From the IMG/VR virus record IMGVR_UViG_3300035148_000128, positions 1-40,627 of that record: a stretch of DNA of 40,627 nt, one strand, 5' to 3'. Shown here one piece after another: positions 7,915 through 17,435 of this stretch. Each line of letters begins with the position of its first letter. Position 1 is the first letter of the stretch. A program made the position numbers and the translations under genes. Origin of the DNA: a virus (lineage: Duplodnaviria > Caudoviricetes). Below the pieces are notes generated by a model that was not told the DNA's origin, ran no database searches, and saw nothing but the letters and a program-made list of their open reading frames with translations.

Positions 7915-8362
7915 TGTCGAATCGCCTTGCATACTTGTGCTCCAACTCGTCTTCGTCGATTGTGACATAAATGGACTTCAGATATGCCTTTACGCCAGAG
8001 TTTCCGTCAACAGCCCACCTTCGCGGACGCAAAGTGAGATCGACCTTCACAATATCGACCGTGTCGAGCATTTCGATCTCGTCTTCGCCCAACTCAGTCA
8101 TACCACGACTGGTGACCAAGTTAACCTTCGGCTTGTCCCAGATATAAGCAACTCGAACATCCAGAATCGGCGTGGGCCCTTCGTCCTCTTCGCGAGGGGG
8201 AAGCCACTTCACATACCAACCATCCTCGGCCATGGCTTGCGCGACGCCAGGATCGAGTACTACAGTGAACGTGCGATCGCCATTTCGGTTGAACTTTCCG
8301 GGCTTTCCGCTGAAATTGCGAAAAAGAAGCCGAACGTCTTCCATTACAACATTACGTAGCAT
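7907..8362 (-). CDS. ssb: Single-stranded DNA-binding protein
   Basis: FRNFSG...RTFTVVL...VDLTLRP...GVKAYLKSIYVTI plus acidic tail; adjacent to the polymerase. Confidence 0.7.
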   Translation of the reverse strand: MLRNVVMEDVRLLFRNFSGKPGKFNRNGDRTFTVVLDPGVAQAMAEDGWYVKWLPPREEDEGPTPILDVRVAYIWDKPKVNLVTSRGMTELGEDEIEMLDTVDIVKVDLTLRPRRWAVDGNSGVKAYLKSIYVTIDEDELEHKYARRFDSA

Positions 8363-8380
8363 TGTTTTCTCCTAAAAAGA

Positions 8381-8408
8381 CATAAAGACCTTGTTAAGGG
8401 TCTTTATG
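8381..8408 (-). terminator. Hairpin terminator with TTAACA loop
   Basis: CATAAAGACC-CTTAACAA-GGTCTTTATG then TCTTTTT. Confidence 0.75.
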
Positions 8409-8416
8409 CCGTCGAA

Positions 8417-8686
8417 TCAGAGCTTACGGTAAACAGGGGTAGGCCAGCGGTCTTCGAATTCACGCAACTTGGTGAAACGCTTCTTGAATTCCGCGTCATC
8501 GATCACCGAAATGCCAATGGCCAGTCGCTCAACGCCGTCGAACTCCACGAGGTTGACATCGTTAAGGATGATGATCTTGTCGAGGAGGTCGAGCGGCTTG
8601 TTGTACTGGAGGGAAGGCGGCAGGTAAGCGATGACGTAGTCAATGTTGATGGGGTTCACGCGAATCGCGTAGGGACGGAACTGCAT
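8417..8686 (-). CDS. Small cassette protein (89 aa)
   Basis: ORF with strongly G/C-ending codons between promoter motif 8713-8736 and terminator 8381-8408. Confidence 0.75.
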   Translation of the reverse strand: MQFRPYAIRVNPINIDYVIAYLPPSLQYNKPLDLLDKIIILNDVNLVEFDGVERLAIGISVIDDAEFKKRFTKLREFEDRWPTPVYRKL

Positions 8687-8688
8687 AA

Positions 8689-11600
8689 CTATCCATTCGT
8701 AGAGATATGATTGTCATTATACTCTGTGTTTTTTCTAGAAGAATTTACAAGACAATCAAATGGGATAAACTCTTCGATTGTTTTAACAGCTTCGTCGATC
8801 AGACGCTCATAATATTCATTATCAAGGACCATTTCATCCTTGAAATTTCGATAGACTTCGGACTCTACCCAGAAATATCCCTTCGTTCCTGAGACACTAT
8901 AGTTTTTACCCTCATGAACACGATATAGAATTCCACCGCCAGACTCCTTGGTCACCGGAACGAATCTTCCAGTTCGTCCAACGAAATGCATCCCCATGTC
9001 GGCGAACATTGGCTTTTGAACCCCATCAAAATCTATATAGATACTACCCTTCGAGACTTGTTTGGTCTCGAAGTAGTCCTCCAACACGATTGGTTCGCCA
9101 GTGAACAACGTTTTAAAAACTACAGGATGAGCAAACTGCGCGCCCGTATGCGACCAATGTCCATCTTTCTTAGCCACAAACACGGCATTGTTGACGAGAC
9201 AGAATTCTTCGTATACCCCTTCTTTCTCGAAAATATACCCGCGAGTTTTTCCATACTCGACAATGAAGTTTACAATGTTTTCATCAGCATCTGGGATCTT
9301 GATCGAGTCCGTCTTGATATGCACGACGCGATAGCCTCGACTTTGTACCTCATGCTTTAGGTCGATCATGAACAAAGCGCCGCGCTTAGCAACGATATTG
9401 TCGATGTTACGAATATCCCTAAACGGATTCTCAAAGTTTGCCGAGGTAAGCCCATAGACAATATTGATGACAATCTTTAGCGCGTGCGATAGAGCTTGCG
9501 CCGAGTCTTGGTCTGCAATATAATGCTCAGCCTTACCGAGCAACTTTTTTGCTGTTTTGAGATCCCCATGCTTGATGGCGAGTCTTGCATCTTTCAGCGC
9601 AGAGAAATTTTTTGTGTACTCTCCAAAGAGATTTAGCTCCTCGATCGAGGTTGGGTGCATAGACGCCACATCCAGAACAGTTACGTTCTGGTAAGCCCCA
9701 GGCTCTGCGTAGACATACCCACCCTCGCCGACAACTTCATCACGATAGTAACTGACGCCGCTCTCATATCGATACCCAGGAAAGTCTTTCGAAAGATCGG
9801 TATATACAAATTTCGCCTGGGGCTGCTTATCATCGCCGAAAATAATCTTCGCCGTATGCTGCTGCGTCGTATGGTTTGGAGTCAGACCGCTCAAATCACT
9901 CAAAATCAGACGGGCTACAAAATCCTCATGCCGAGCCTTGAATACTTCCTCGGTGGCGCGAACGTCGTTTACACAATATTCGACAACTTTCGGCCAGTAT
10001 TCTTCGGGAACCGGTTCATCCCAAGGAAACTCGAGCTCTAGATGATGAATGCCAAGTTCAATTTCGAACTTTTTCAATCCTTGCTTTTTCGAGCTGAAAT
10101 CATAAACGTCGGTATAAGAAATATTGTAGGCTTCCATAAAGAGCGCCGAACGGTCGTTCTTTGTGATGATTCGCTGTGAAAGCTTATAGAGGTTTGCGTT
10201 GTCGTAACCCATATACCGCGCATAAAGAATATGGTTGTCGTACCGTCGATTGTTGAAGCCAATCAACTTTAGACCAAACAAGATCTCAATTTCATGCGGC
10301 GAAGGATTTATCATTTTCATTACATATGGGTCATCCTCGTACTTCCAGCAAACAACAAAAAGATTAGGATAAACCTCGACGTCAAAGAACGCAAGTCTTG
10401 GGTCTGTGGATTGAATATGAGCGCTTTCGTTCTTGCCTCGAAACTTCATTGTCTGGACCATCTTCAAAGAGGCTAGACTTTGATTCGTGCTGTTGTTTGC
10501 GAACGCCAGAATCGCTGAGCGCATGTCTGTCACATCATAATCCAGTCCGGACTCATAAGCATCGTCGAGGATCTTTTTGATAAAGTCGACAGAAGGCTTT
10601 GTGCCGGGATGAATTTCCTTTCGCAGGTTCCTGCCAATGAGATCGCGAAGACCTCGTTCAGTTCTGATAGTAGCAATGTTTGCCACGTTGGGCTCCTTCA
10701 AAGGCAGCCCTGTGCTGATGCTACGCATAGGGACTGAGTTACACAAAGTCAATCGACGTCTCAACGCCGCATTACCGGGGAAAGTCTTGATTTCAATGCC
10801 GCGCGAATATTCCCTAGCCAACGTCGAAACATCTCCAGTATACCAATAATGAAGATGTACGCCGCTTCCACTTTTGCTTAGTTCTGCATAGGTTGGAGGC
10901 CAAGCGCTTGCGGCTCTTAAATTTTCCTCTAGAGATTTCTCGCCAGCATCATTCCGAAGATCGAAATCGATTACGATATGATTCGGCATGATCTTAACAT
11001 AATGCAAACGTTTGGTGTCTAGATCGTTAAGTACTGTCTCCACAGATGCCCAACGAGCGCTCGGTAGCCCGGCATCGTTTGCATATTGCGCCGGCATCTT
11101 ACCAAGAATGGCGTCGAGATAGGACGGGATTTCTTCAAGACTCAGAGAAAAAGTGTGCTCGCTATCGGAAGATGTTTTGAATTTGTTCGCGTTGAAACCC
11201 ATGTACACACTTCTAACTTGTACCTCATCAATTAGGGCACGTTCTTTAAAAACATCGAAGTAGTTGCGAAGTTCTTCTCGAACTTTATATTGCGGCAAAG
11301 GCTTTTCAATACCGGTCGATGAACAATATTCCTTGTACAAGGCATATGCCTGCCTGAGTGTAATATGATCTTCACTCTTGAACAGGTCATAATGCCATTC
11401 AATAAAATTATAGAAAACATCAGTTTGAAGCATCATTTCAACCGGCCTATAGCCATCATAATAATGCGGTCCCATAGAGCGGTACAAGGCAAGGCAATGG
11501 GCCGCAATCGCGCCAAGCTCAAAATTAATTTGCGACATCAATGCCGTGTAGCGTTTCGGCGGAATACGTGCGCCCGTGGGATTTACGTCGATCAATCTAC

Positions 11601-12468
11601 GAATGATGCCAGACTTAGAGTCTGAGATCTTTACGGGTTGATTCGTTCCCATGAAAAGAAAAGCATTGACACGATCTGTGTAACTAGATTTATATTTCTC
11701 GTTCATAGTCATCGCCTCATGCGCGATGATAGAATTCAGTTTTGTGTTGTCTTCAATCCTTGAAAGATCTCCGTCATGCTGAATCGCGACGAGTGGGTTG
11801 TCACGAAACACCTCAGTGGAGAAACTATTATTCATCGATCCAAGCGCCTTGGCTTCGAACGTAGTGACATAACCCTGGAAAAGTTTCTCCACAATATTCA
11901 GGATCGTCGACTTGCCGGTACCAGCAGGGCCATAAAGAACCAGGAATTTCTGAATCCTCGTAGAGTCTCCAGAAATAACAGCACCGATTGCCCATTCCAG
12001 CTTCTTCCGTTCCTCTGGAGAATATAGTGTGCCAACGAGCTCATCCCAAGCTTCGTAACTTCCCTCTTCAAGAGAATACGGGAGCTTCTTACTCACATAA
12101 TCAGTCTTACGAGTCGGAGTGTTGGCAAAAGTTAGTTTCGTATCCAACGGAATACTATTATCGCTGACGCTGACAATAAAACGTCTGAATTGCGCCCAAC
12201 TATTACTATTCCAAGAACGCAACTCCTGGACTCGGAACGGATAGCCCTCGATCTCTTCGAGGCGTCTCGCTTCTCTGTGAAGATCTTCGTCTACAAGTCT
12301 CTGGACGTCATATTCGTCTCGCGACCAGACCCCCTTTTCGGCATCCCAAATCGCGTAAAACGAACGACCACGCACCATAAGATCTGAAGAACGCCCGACC
12401 GAGAAATCTGCGTAAAGCGTTGGGGGCGAGCCCTTCTTTTCTTTCAGTTTGATCCTATAAAAATCCAC
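8689..12468 (-). CDS. Multifunctional replicase: SF3/D5-like helicase, AEP primase-like domain, 3'-5' exonuclease and family B DNA polymerase
   Basis: GPAGTGKST; VIDFDL...SKSGSGVHLHY; FFDVEV, GFNNRRYD, YCVNDV; LDVASMHP, KIVINIVYG, KTDS; GTG start at 12468 inferred just after the upstream stop. Confidence 0.9.
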   Translation of the reverse strand: MDFYRIKLKEKKGSPPTLYADFSVGRSSDLMVRGRSFYAIWDAEKGVWSRDEYDVQRLVDEDLHREARRLEEIEGYPFRVQELRSWNSNSWAQFRRFIVSVSDNSIPLDTKLTFANTPTRKTDYVSKKLPYSLEEGSYEAWDELVGTLYSPEERKKLEWAIGAVISGDSTRIQKFLVLYGPAGTGKSTILNIVEKLFQGYVTTFEAKALGSMNNSFSTEVFRDNPLVAIQHDGDLSRIEDNTKLNSIIAHEAMTMNEKYKSSYTDRVNAFLFMGTNQPVKISDSKSGIIRRLIDVNPTGARIPPKRYTALMSQINFELGAIAAHCLALYRSMGPHYYDGYRPVEMMLQTDVFYNFIEWHYDLFKSEDHITLRQAYALYKEYCSSTGIEKPLPQYKVREELRNYFDVFKERALIDEVQVRSVYMGFNANKFKTSSDSEHTFSLSLEEIPSYLDAILGKMPAQYANDAGLPSARWASVETVLNDLDTKRLHYVKIMPNHIVIDFDLRNDAGEKSLEENLRAASAWPPTYAELSKSGSGVHLHYWYTGDVSTLAREYSRGIEIKTFPGNAALRRRLTLCNSVPMRSISTGLPLKEPNVANIATIRTERGLRDLIGRNLRKEIHPGTKPSVDFIKKILDDAYESGLDYDVTDMRSAILAFANNSTNQSLASLKMVQTMKFRGKNESAHIQSTDPRLAFFDVEVYPNLFVVCWKYEDDPYVMKMINPSPHEIEILFGLKLIGFNNRRYDNHILYARYMGYDNANLYKLSQRIITKNDRSALFMEAYNISYTDVYDFSSKKQGLKKFEIELGIHHLELEFPWDEPVPEEYWPKVVEYCVNDVRATEEVFKARHEDFVARLILSDLSGLTPNHTTQQHTAKIIFGDDKQPQAKFVYTDLSKDFPGYRYESGVSYYRDEVVGEGGYVYAEPGAYQNVTVLDVASMHPTSIEELNLFGEYTKNFSALKDARLAIKHGDLKTAKKLLGKAEHYIADQDSAQALSHALKIVINIVYGLTSANFENPFRDIRNIDNIVAKRGALFMIDLKHEVQSRGYRVVHIKTDSIKIPDADENIVNFIVEYGKTRGYIFEKEGVYEEFCLVNNAVFVAKKDGHWSHTGAQFAHPVVFKTLFTGEPIVLEDYFETKQVSKGSIYIDFDGVQKPMFADMGMHFVGRTGRFVPVTKESGGGILYRVHEGKNYSVSGTKGYFWVESEVYRNFKDEMVLDNEYYERLIDEAVKTIEEFIPFDCLVNSSRKNTEYNDNHISTNG
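8713..8736 (-). promoter_or_regulatory. Repeated promoter motif inside the 3' end of the polymerase gene
   Basis: AGAAAAAACACAGAGTATAATGAC. Confidence 0.7.
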
Positions 12469-12470
12469 AC

Positions 12471-12992
12471 CTACCCCATCTCGATCAGATATGCGTTCAT
12501 CTGATACCAAAGCTCCACGGTTCGTTGGTCGCTTGCCGGCTTTCTAAGCGGGAACATACCACCCACCCCAGCCGGTGTATAGAGCCTGTAGAGCAAAATG
12601 GTTATGATACGGTCTACAGAATCTTGGCGATAGTGTCGATCATCGTAACGAGTCAAGTTCAAGTTGTCGATTAACTCCCAGAACCACGCCGCCGGCTCTT
12701 TTTCAACAATTGTAAAGAGCCGGCGGGCGATTCCAATCATCATCTCAAACACTGAGCAGGGCAAAGAAAGCCATTCGACGTCTTCGTCTAGACCTTCCTG
12801 CTCAAGGAACTCATATCTCAAATCTATGCCATCGTGAGCCCGGTTGCCATCATAATCTACGTGATATAGAAACTCCCTTGTATAGAGATGTCTGGTGAGC
12901 TTCCAATAAGACCGAGACGGTCGCCTGGGCTTGACGAAGGCTACTTGGGAATAAAGCCAAGTGAAATATAGTTCGTCAAGCGGCTTAGTCAT
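12471..12992 (-). CDS. Hypothetical protein upstream of the replicase
   Basis: 173-aa ORF with ATGA overlap; DGNRAHDGIDLR, CSVFEMM and ELWYQM motifs. Confidence 0.8.
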   Translation of the reverse strand: MTKPLDELYFTWLYSQVAFVKPRRPSRSYWKLTRHLYTREFLYHVDYDGNRAHDGIDLRYEFLEQEGLDEDVEWLSLPCSVFEMMIGIARRLFTIVEKEPAAWFWELIDNLNLTRYDDRHYRQDSVDRIITILLYRLYTPAGVGGMFPLRKPASDQRTVELWYQMNAYLIEMG

Positions 12993-13576
12993 CCCGGCCC
13001 GCCCCCAAGAACTACCTCACGATAACTACCCAAGTGCCGAACAATTTCAATCTCCATTCGGAGTTTCTCATTACGTACGCAGACAATGTTCTCATCGTCT
13101 GAGAGATGACCGAAGAGATCAAGGTTTTGAACACCCACCACGGACGGCTCGATGATTTCGTCCCGTTGGTCGGCAATGAATCCGTCGACCGAGTAATACG
13201 TATATGACGTCTGGTCGAATTCGCTTTCGTTGGCCATGAACTCGTCTTGCCGAATGACATACGGGTCGGACCGATGTTCGACGAATGCGTCGGCTTCTTC
13301 GAGCATTTCGTCGTCTTCGTCGTCTTCGTCTTCGTCTTCGTCGTCTTCCGCAGAAGCTTCAGAGTCATCAATATCATCGGTTTCGTCTTCCCCATCTACT
13401 TTATTCTTGGTCCGCATGAAGACGTCTCGCCAAAAGTCATAACTCTCGGTCGAGATCTTGACCTTTTCCTCTTGAAGTTTAGCCGCGTACCGAATCGAGA
13501 AAATCCTGTAGACCAGGATCCCGCCGATGGCTACCCCGCCGATGAAGACGGCCGCAGAATAACGTTCGATAGCCAT
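12989..13576 (-). CDS. Membrane-anchored protein with a long acidic tract
   Basis: N-terminal hydrophobic segment AAVFIGGVAIGGILVY; EDDEDEDEDDEDDE tract. Confidence 0.8.
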   Translation of the reverse strand: MAIERYSAAVFIGGVAIGGILVYRIFSIRYAAKLQEEKVKISTESYDFWRDVFMRTKNKVDGEDETDDIDDSEASAEDDEDEDEDDEDDEMLEEADAFVEHRSDPYVIRQDEFMANESEFDQTSYTYYSVDGFIADQRDEIIEPSVVGVQNLDLFGHLSDDENIVCVRNEKLRMEIEIVRHLGSYREVVLGGGPG

Positions 13577-14481
13577 CACGAGCCGAGCCTATCATAGATT
13601 ACGCCATTAACGTTAAAGTCCAAGAGAATAGAGCCCTCGCGGCCATTCACGAAATCTCGCGCCCGAGGATTATCTCCATTGAAGATTCCAAAATCGACAT
13701 AATTGTCACCGTCAGAACCGAGAATCCATCCAACAACCGCCCCATACCGCATTCGCTCCAAACCAAGGATGTCATACACCTCATTCAGGAAAATATGCCC
13801 GCGCGCCTTGAGCATGTCGTTGGCATAGTTCTGAGCGCACCGCAAGAAAATATAATTGTACTCCGGCTGCCGACTCCATGAGCTACAACTCTCATCGAAG
13901 TACTTGGCATACATAGACGGTGCGTTCGAAGTATTTACATGCTTAACGTACTCGACTACTGGGCCGGTTTCGGTATCCTTTGCCAACTCCTTGTATTCGT
14001 AACCGTACCTAAGTTCATCATCCTTCTCCTGGCCGAACTCATTCCTAACATTCTCGCGATATCGAGCAAACGCGGAGTCAACGGCCTTATATGCGGCCAT
14101 AAGCGCGGCGTTTCGCCTCTGCAAAACATAATGCGAGCCAGTGAAACAGCCAACGGTAGCCACACCGACAAGAACAACGGGCGCATAAAGCGACAATGTT
14201 TCCACCGTCGCCTTCTTGTAGATAGCCCGAATATCCTTGTCGTATGTTTCTTGCGTATACTCTGGATCGTTATCGTCGCTCAACCGACGCTTCACAAGAT
14301 CCCGGTTGTACTTAGTGTTGTCGAGAACATCGCCAAAGCGAAGAGTTGCACGGCCGCTAAGCGCGACAGTCCCAACAAAACCAACGATTCCAGTGCCAAA
14401 TAGAATTGAAGGACTATGCGTCTTAAGAATAAGCGCGCTACGTCCCGCGAATTTAACTACAGACTTCGTAATGATATTCAT
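13576..14481 (-). CDS. DUF6353-like membrane-associated protein
   Basis: HSPSIL + TM ... YAP + TM ... RRNAALMAAY ... YRENV ... IFLNEVYDILG ... VVGW. Confidence 0.75.
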   Translation of the reverse strand: MNIITKSVVKFAGRSALILKTHSPSILFGTGIVGFVGTVALSGRATLRFGDVLDNTKYNRDLVKRRLSDDNDPEYTQETYDKDIRAIYKKATVETLSLYAPVVLVGVATVGCFTGSHYVLQRRNAALMAAYKAVDSAFARYRENVRNEFGQEKDDELRYGYEYKELAKDTETGPVVEYVKHVNTSNAPSMYAKYFDESCSSWSRQPEYNYIFLRCAQNYANDMLKARGHIFLNEVYDILGLERMRYGAVVGWILGSDGDNYVDFGIFNGDNPRARDFVNGREGSILLDFNVNGVIYDRLGS

Positions 14482-14493
14482 CCCTTTATCCTT

Positions 14494-14829
14494 TCACTTG
14501 ATCGATTCAATACGCTGAACCGGCCATGGATTCCAAATGTCCGGCCTCGACATGGTGATGTCTCCAGAGCCCTCATCTCCCTTGAGCTCGCGCAGGCGCT
14601 TGATTACCGCCTCAAAGTCTTCCTGCGCGACATGTCGGCCGACGGTTCCGCACACCACAGCAGAGCCATGCTTGTTGCTTGGCTTTGTCGCCTTGGGAGT
14701 AACCTCTGGGGCCGAGAGTCGACGGGCCTCATCGTTGGCGCGACTTGCAAAATATGACTGAACCACAGAAACCGCAATAATAGCGATCTCGGCGGCAATG
14801 ACTACCACTGCGACGTGCTTTAGCTTCAT
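14494..14829 (-). CDS. Protein with N-terminal signal anchor
   Basis: MKLKHVAVVVIAAEIAIIAVSVV; AAGGA RBS. Confidence 0.65.
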   Translation of the reverse strand: MKLKHVAVVVIAAEIAIIAVSVVQSYFASRANDEARRLSAPEVTPKATKPSNKHGSAVVCGTVGRHVAQEDFEAVIKRLRELKGDEGSGDITMSRPDIWNPWPVQRIESIK

Positions 14830-14837
14830 TTAAATCC

Positions 14838-15512
14838 TTAGTCCCTTAGCGATTGAGGTCGCGGAAGATCCAACAAATATCCTCCGCCGTGCAAACGTGT
14901 CACGCTGGCGCCGCGGAGATCAGACCATCCCCACTGTCCATCCGTGTAATTTCCAGTAATCCCGACAAGCTCATATAGATCTGCCACGGTAGCCGTAGCA
15001 TATGTCTGCACCAGGTCAAACAACCTAGCAAGAACTGCTTCCGCTTCTGCTTTGGTCTCCAAAATAATCTCATCAAAATCGTGAACAGCGCGAGCCCTAC
15101 GACTAATGGGAGGCCTTGTGGGCTCGGGACGGTACTCACGACTGGTCGCGAATCGATCGTAACTTACATAACCATTTCGAGATGCGCCAAAACGCCCAGC
15201 CTTCCGAGTTGGAGGCCTGGTCTCTCCGAAAAGAATTCGCTCGATTCCCTGAGAAACGACATCGGCAATGATGTCTTTTGTCGAGGGAAGAATTACATCC
15301 CAGAAAATATAACCACCAACGCTTCGAGCGTCCTCGCCACCGAAGACATCGACGAAGCGCTTACCAAATGGCTTCTTACGGCGGACAACTTCTCCGGTGA
15401 CTACAGACTCAATCTTTCGAGGCTCTTCAGGAGAAGGCACCGGCTTAAGTAGTGGGGAGACTTTTGCTTCTTTTGCCGTATGACTATTATTCGGATATGT
15501 ATCCATTGGCAT
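14838..15512 (-). CDS. Hypothetical protein
   Basis: 224-aa ORF with AGGAG RBS; ATVADLYELVG...WGW motif. Confidence 0.8.
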   Translation of the reverse strand: MPMDTYPNNSHTAKEAKVSPLLKPVPSPEEPRKIESVVTGEVVRRKKPFGKRFVDVFGGEDARSVGGYIFWDVILPSTKDIIADVVSQGIERILFGETRPPTRKAGRFGASRNGYVSYDRFATSREYRPEPTRPPISRRARAVHDFDEIILETKAEAEAVLARLFDLVQTYATATVADLYELVGITGNYTDGQWGWSDLRGASVTRLHGGGYLLDLPRPQSLRD

Positions 15513-15528
15513 CTCCTAAATGAAAAAA

Positions 15529-15555
15529 CCATAACACCGTGTTAGGGTGTCATGG
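15529..15555 (-). terminator. Hairpin terminator with CTAACAC loop
   Basis: CCATGACACC-CTAACAC-GGTGTTATGG then TTTTTT. Confidence 0.8.
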
Positions 15556-15574
15556 CGTTGGTAGTGGGAGTTGA

Positions 15575-15820
15575 TCAGATGGCTCGAAGCTCCCGGATGA
15601 TTCCGCGCGTCTCGGCTCGCATGGTCTTAGCGCTCTTCACGCCGACGGTCGTTGCGATAACGAACTTTCCGGTCCACAGGAGGACCCTGATAGGCAGGGG
15701 TCCGGCGGTCGGAAGGACGTTGTTCAGCAAGGCCTTCGTCGTGTAGGAAGCGGTGTAAGAAGCCAGAAAGCCGACACCTTGCGCGATCATCTCGGAGCGG
15801 CGGTCCATGGTGGTGGTCAT
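15575..15820 (-). CDS. Small cassette protein (81 aa), hydrophobic
   Basis: GAAAGGA RBS; G/C-ending codons; between promoter motif and terminator. Confidence 0.75.
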   Translation of the reverse strand: MTTTMDRRSEMIAQGVGFLASYTASYTTKALLNNVLPTAGPLPIRVLLWTGKFVIATTVGVKSAKTMRAETRGIIRELRAI

Positions 15821-15835
15821 TTGAGTCCTTTCTAC

Positions 15836-15858
15836 TCATTATACCCTGTGTTTTTTTT
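15836..15858 (-). promoter_or_regulatory. Repeated promoter motif
   Basis: AAAAAAAACACAGGGTATAATGA. Confidence 0.75.
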
Positions 15859-15863
15859 GAGAG

Positions 15864-16460
15864 TTACCAAGAACTCGGGATCGTTGGCTGATGCTTTGAA
15901 ATATCCGTAACTTTGCGAAGCCAAATTGCGGGATCGAGCTCAAGCGTCGGCTGCTCTACAAAATGAACATGTGTGAGGACTGGCGATGTTGGGCGCTCCT
16001 CCGCAGAAAGGTACTGATCGGACCAACCCTCATGGAGAAGTCCGGCTACACCATAAGAAATCTCTCCGAAAGTATCAATCGCCGCGCTAACAATAGCGAC
16101 CTCCTCGTCGCTATCACCAGAACTAACACTACCGATACCAACGACAGCGGCCCAACCGTTCTTTTCTGGAATATCACGAGGTTCCGACAAACGAAAACAA
16201 AGTTCTTCGAAGGTCGAAGCTCGATCCCAGCGGTAATCAAGAGAGCCACCAGGATTCCAAATGATTCCCCAAGAACACTCAGCAGTGAAAATACCTTCCT
16301 TTGCCATGTCCTGCCAAACCATGAGCGCCCTTACGGCTGGCTTTTGGCGATCTGTGGCGGCCCTAAAATTAATTCGAACTTGAGAATCTTGCGATTCTGG
16401 GGGCATGGGGTAGAGGATTTCCGAAATTCTGTGAAGGATATACTTTAGTTCATGCTTCAT
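15864..16460 (-). CDS. Hypothetical protein
   Basis: 198-aa ORF with GGAG RBS. Confidence 0.7.
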   Translation of the reverse strand: MKHELKYILHRISEILYPMPPESQDSQVRINFRAATDRQKPAVRALMVWQDMAKEGIFTAECSWGIIWNPGGSLDYRWDRASTFEELCFRLSEPRDIPEKNGWAAVVGIGSVSSGDSDEEVAIVSAAIDTFGEISYGVAGLLHEGWSDQYLSAEERPTSPVLTHVHFVEQPTLELDPAIWLRKVTDISKHQPTIPSSW

Positions 16461-16464
16461 AAGA

Positions 16465-16609
16465 ACTCCATATGTGATATAGAACTAGGCGGGGCGCATG
16501 TTCTAGAGGGTCATCGGCTGTCGTTTAAGATTGGCATCCGGAATAAGTGGGGAGTCACTTTGCCAATCCCCCAGGTTTAAAGTTCTCGTCAATGCAAGAT
16601 CATTGGAGT
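16465..16609 (-). ncRNA. Candidate structured RNA or 5' leader in an intergenic gap
   Basis: Nested complementary pairs ACTCCA/TGGAGT, GATTGGCA/TGCCAATC, AAGTG/CACTT and TAGAAC/GTTCTA; no family recognised. Confidence 0.4.
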
Positions 16610-16617
16610 ACTAAGAC

Positions 16618-17097
16618 TTACAAACCACGGAGCGCAATAAGGCGCGCCTCAAGCTCCTCAACAGTCTCACTAGGCTTAGTCGAAACCTCAGTTGTCGGCT
16701 TTTCCTCTGGCGGCTTTGGCAGTGCAGGAACCTGGGCCATAACCCCGTTTACAAACTTTGTGCTTGCGTCGGCGTCGGTCACAAGAGTAAAGAAAAGCTC
16801 CGAAAATGCTTCAGTTTGAAGAAACTCCTCCGAGATCTTTGGACTCTTGATGAATCGCTTCCCGTCATCAGAGCGCTTCCCATAGGACCGGGCAATGATG
16901 TCCTTGAAAGCGTCAATGATCTCCTTCGGGCTTTCACCCTTGGCGATCCTCTCAAGATGCGCAGCCATCCCTCCAGATTCGCTGTAAACCATCTCCATCT
17001 CGGCGAGTTCTGCCTTGCTCAGATGGAAATAAAAGGCCTCTTCAACCTCATTACCATCATAATCGATATACTTGACAATTTGACGAATCATGTTCAC
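16618..17097 (-). CDS. Hypothetical phage protein
   Basis: 159-aa ORF with GTGA overlap; YIDYDG...FYFHLSKAEL...SYGKRSDDGKRFIKS. Confidence 0.8.
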   Translation of the reverse strand: MNMIRQIVKYIDYDGNEVEEAFYFHLSKAELAEMEMVYSESGGMAAHLERIAKGESPKEIIDAFKDIIARSYGKRSDDGKRFIKSPKISEEFLQTEAFSELFFTLVTDADASTKFVNGVMAQVPALPKPPEEKPTTEVSTKPSETVEELEARLIALRGL

Positions 17098-17435
17098 TTC
17101 TCCTTTTGAGTGGTGGTGTCGTTGAGAACTGTGGACAACTCCTCCAAGACTACAGCCTTGAGAAGCAGAAGATAATTGATACTATCGCCGATCTTCTCAT
17201 CCCACACGCTAATATTTGCTGGCGCTTCCTTTTGAATCATATCGTAAAGCGAAATAATGTGCTTAGCCATCATCCCGCCAAGCGCTTGACGAGCCTTTAC
17301 GCCAAGAAGGTTTGCGGCCTGCTCGAAATTATGCAAGGGGTTTTCTGTCGCATACTCTTCGCGCTTAGCGCGAAGAAGCCCTAGGCACTTTTCGATTTGA
17401 TCATCGATAATATGATCGCAAGTCTCTCGGTTCAT
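17094..17435 (-). CDS. All-alpha NTP pyrophosphohydrolase-like protein (MazG-like, DUF1599/DUF6378-type)
   Basis: KREEYA...LHNF...KH...EKIGDSINY pattern. Confidence 0.55.
   Translation of the reverse strand: MNRETCDHIIDDQIEKCLGLLRAKREEYATENPLHNFEQAANLLGVKARQALGGMMAKHIISLYDMIQKEAPANISVWDEKIGDSINYLLLLKAVVLEELSTVLNDTTTQKEK

Noticed and set aside
13308-13348. TCGTCT microsatellite as a contingency locus
   Set aside because: In-frame GAC/GAA codons encoding the acidic tract; unit changes would not shift the frame
16461-16617. tRNA or known self-cleaving ribozyme
   Set aside because: No cloverleaf or T-loop GTTCRA, and no hammerhead, twister or pistol core recognised by eye
17094-17435. DNA base-modification system
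   Set aside because: Only a lone MazG-like gene; no purZ, queuosine-pathway, thymidylate synthase or transferase genes were seen
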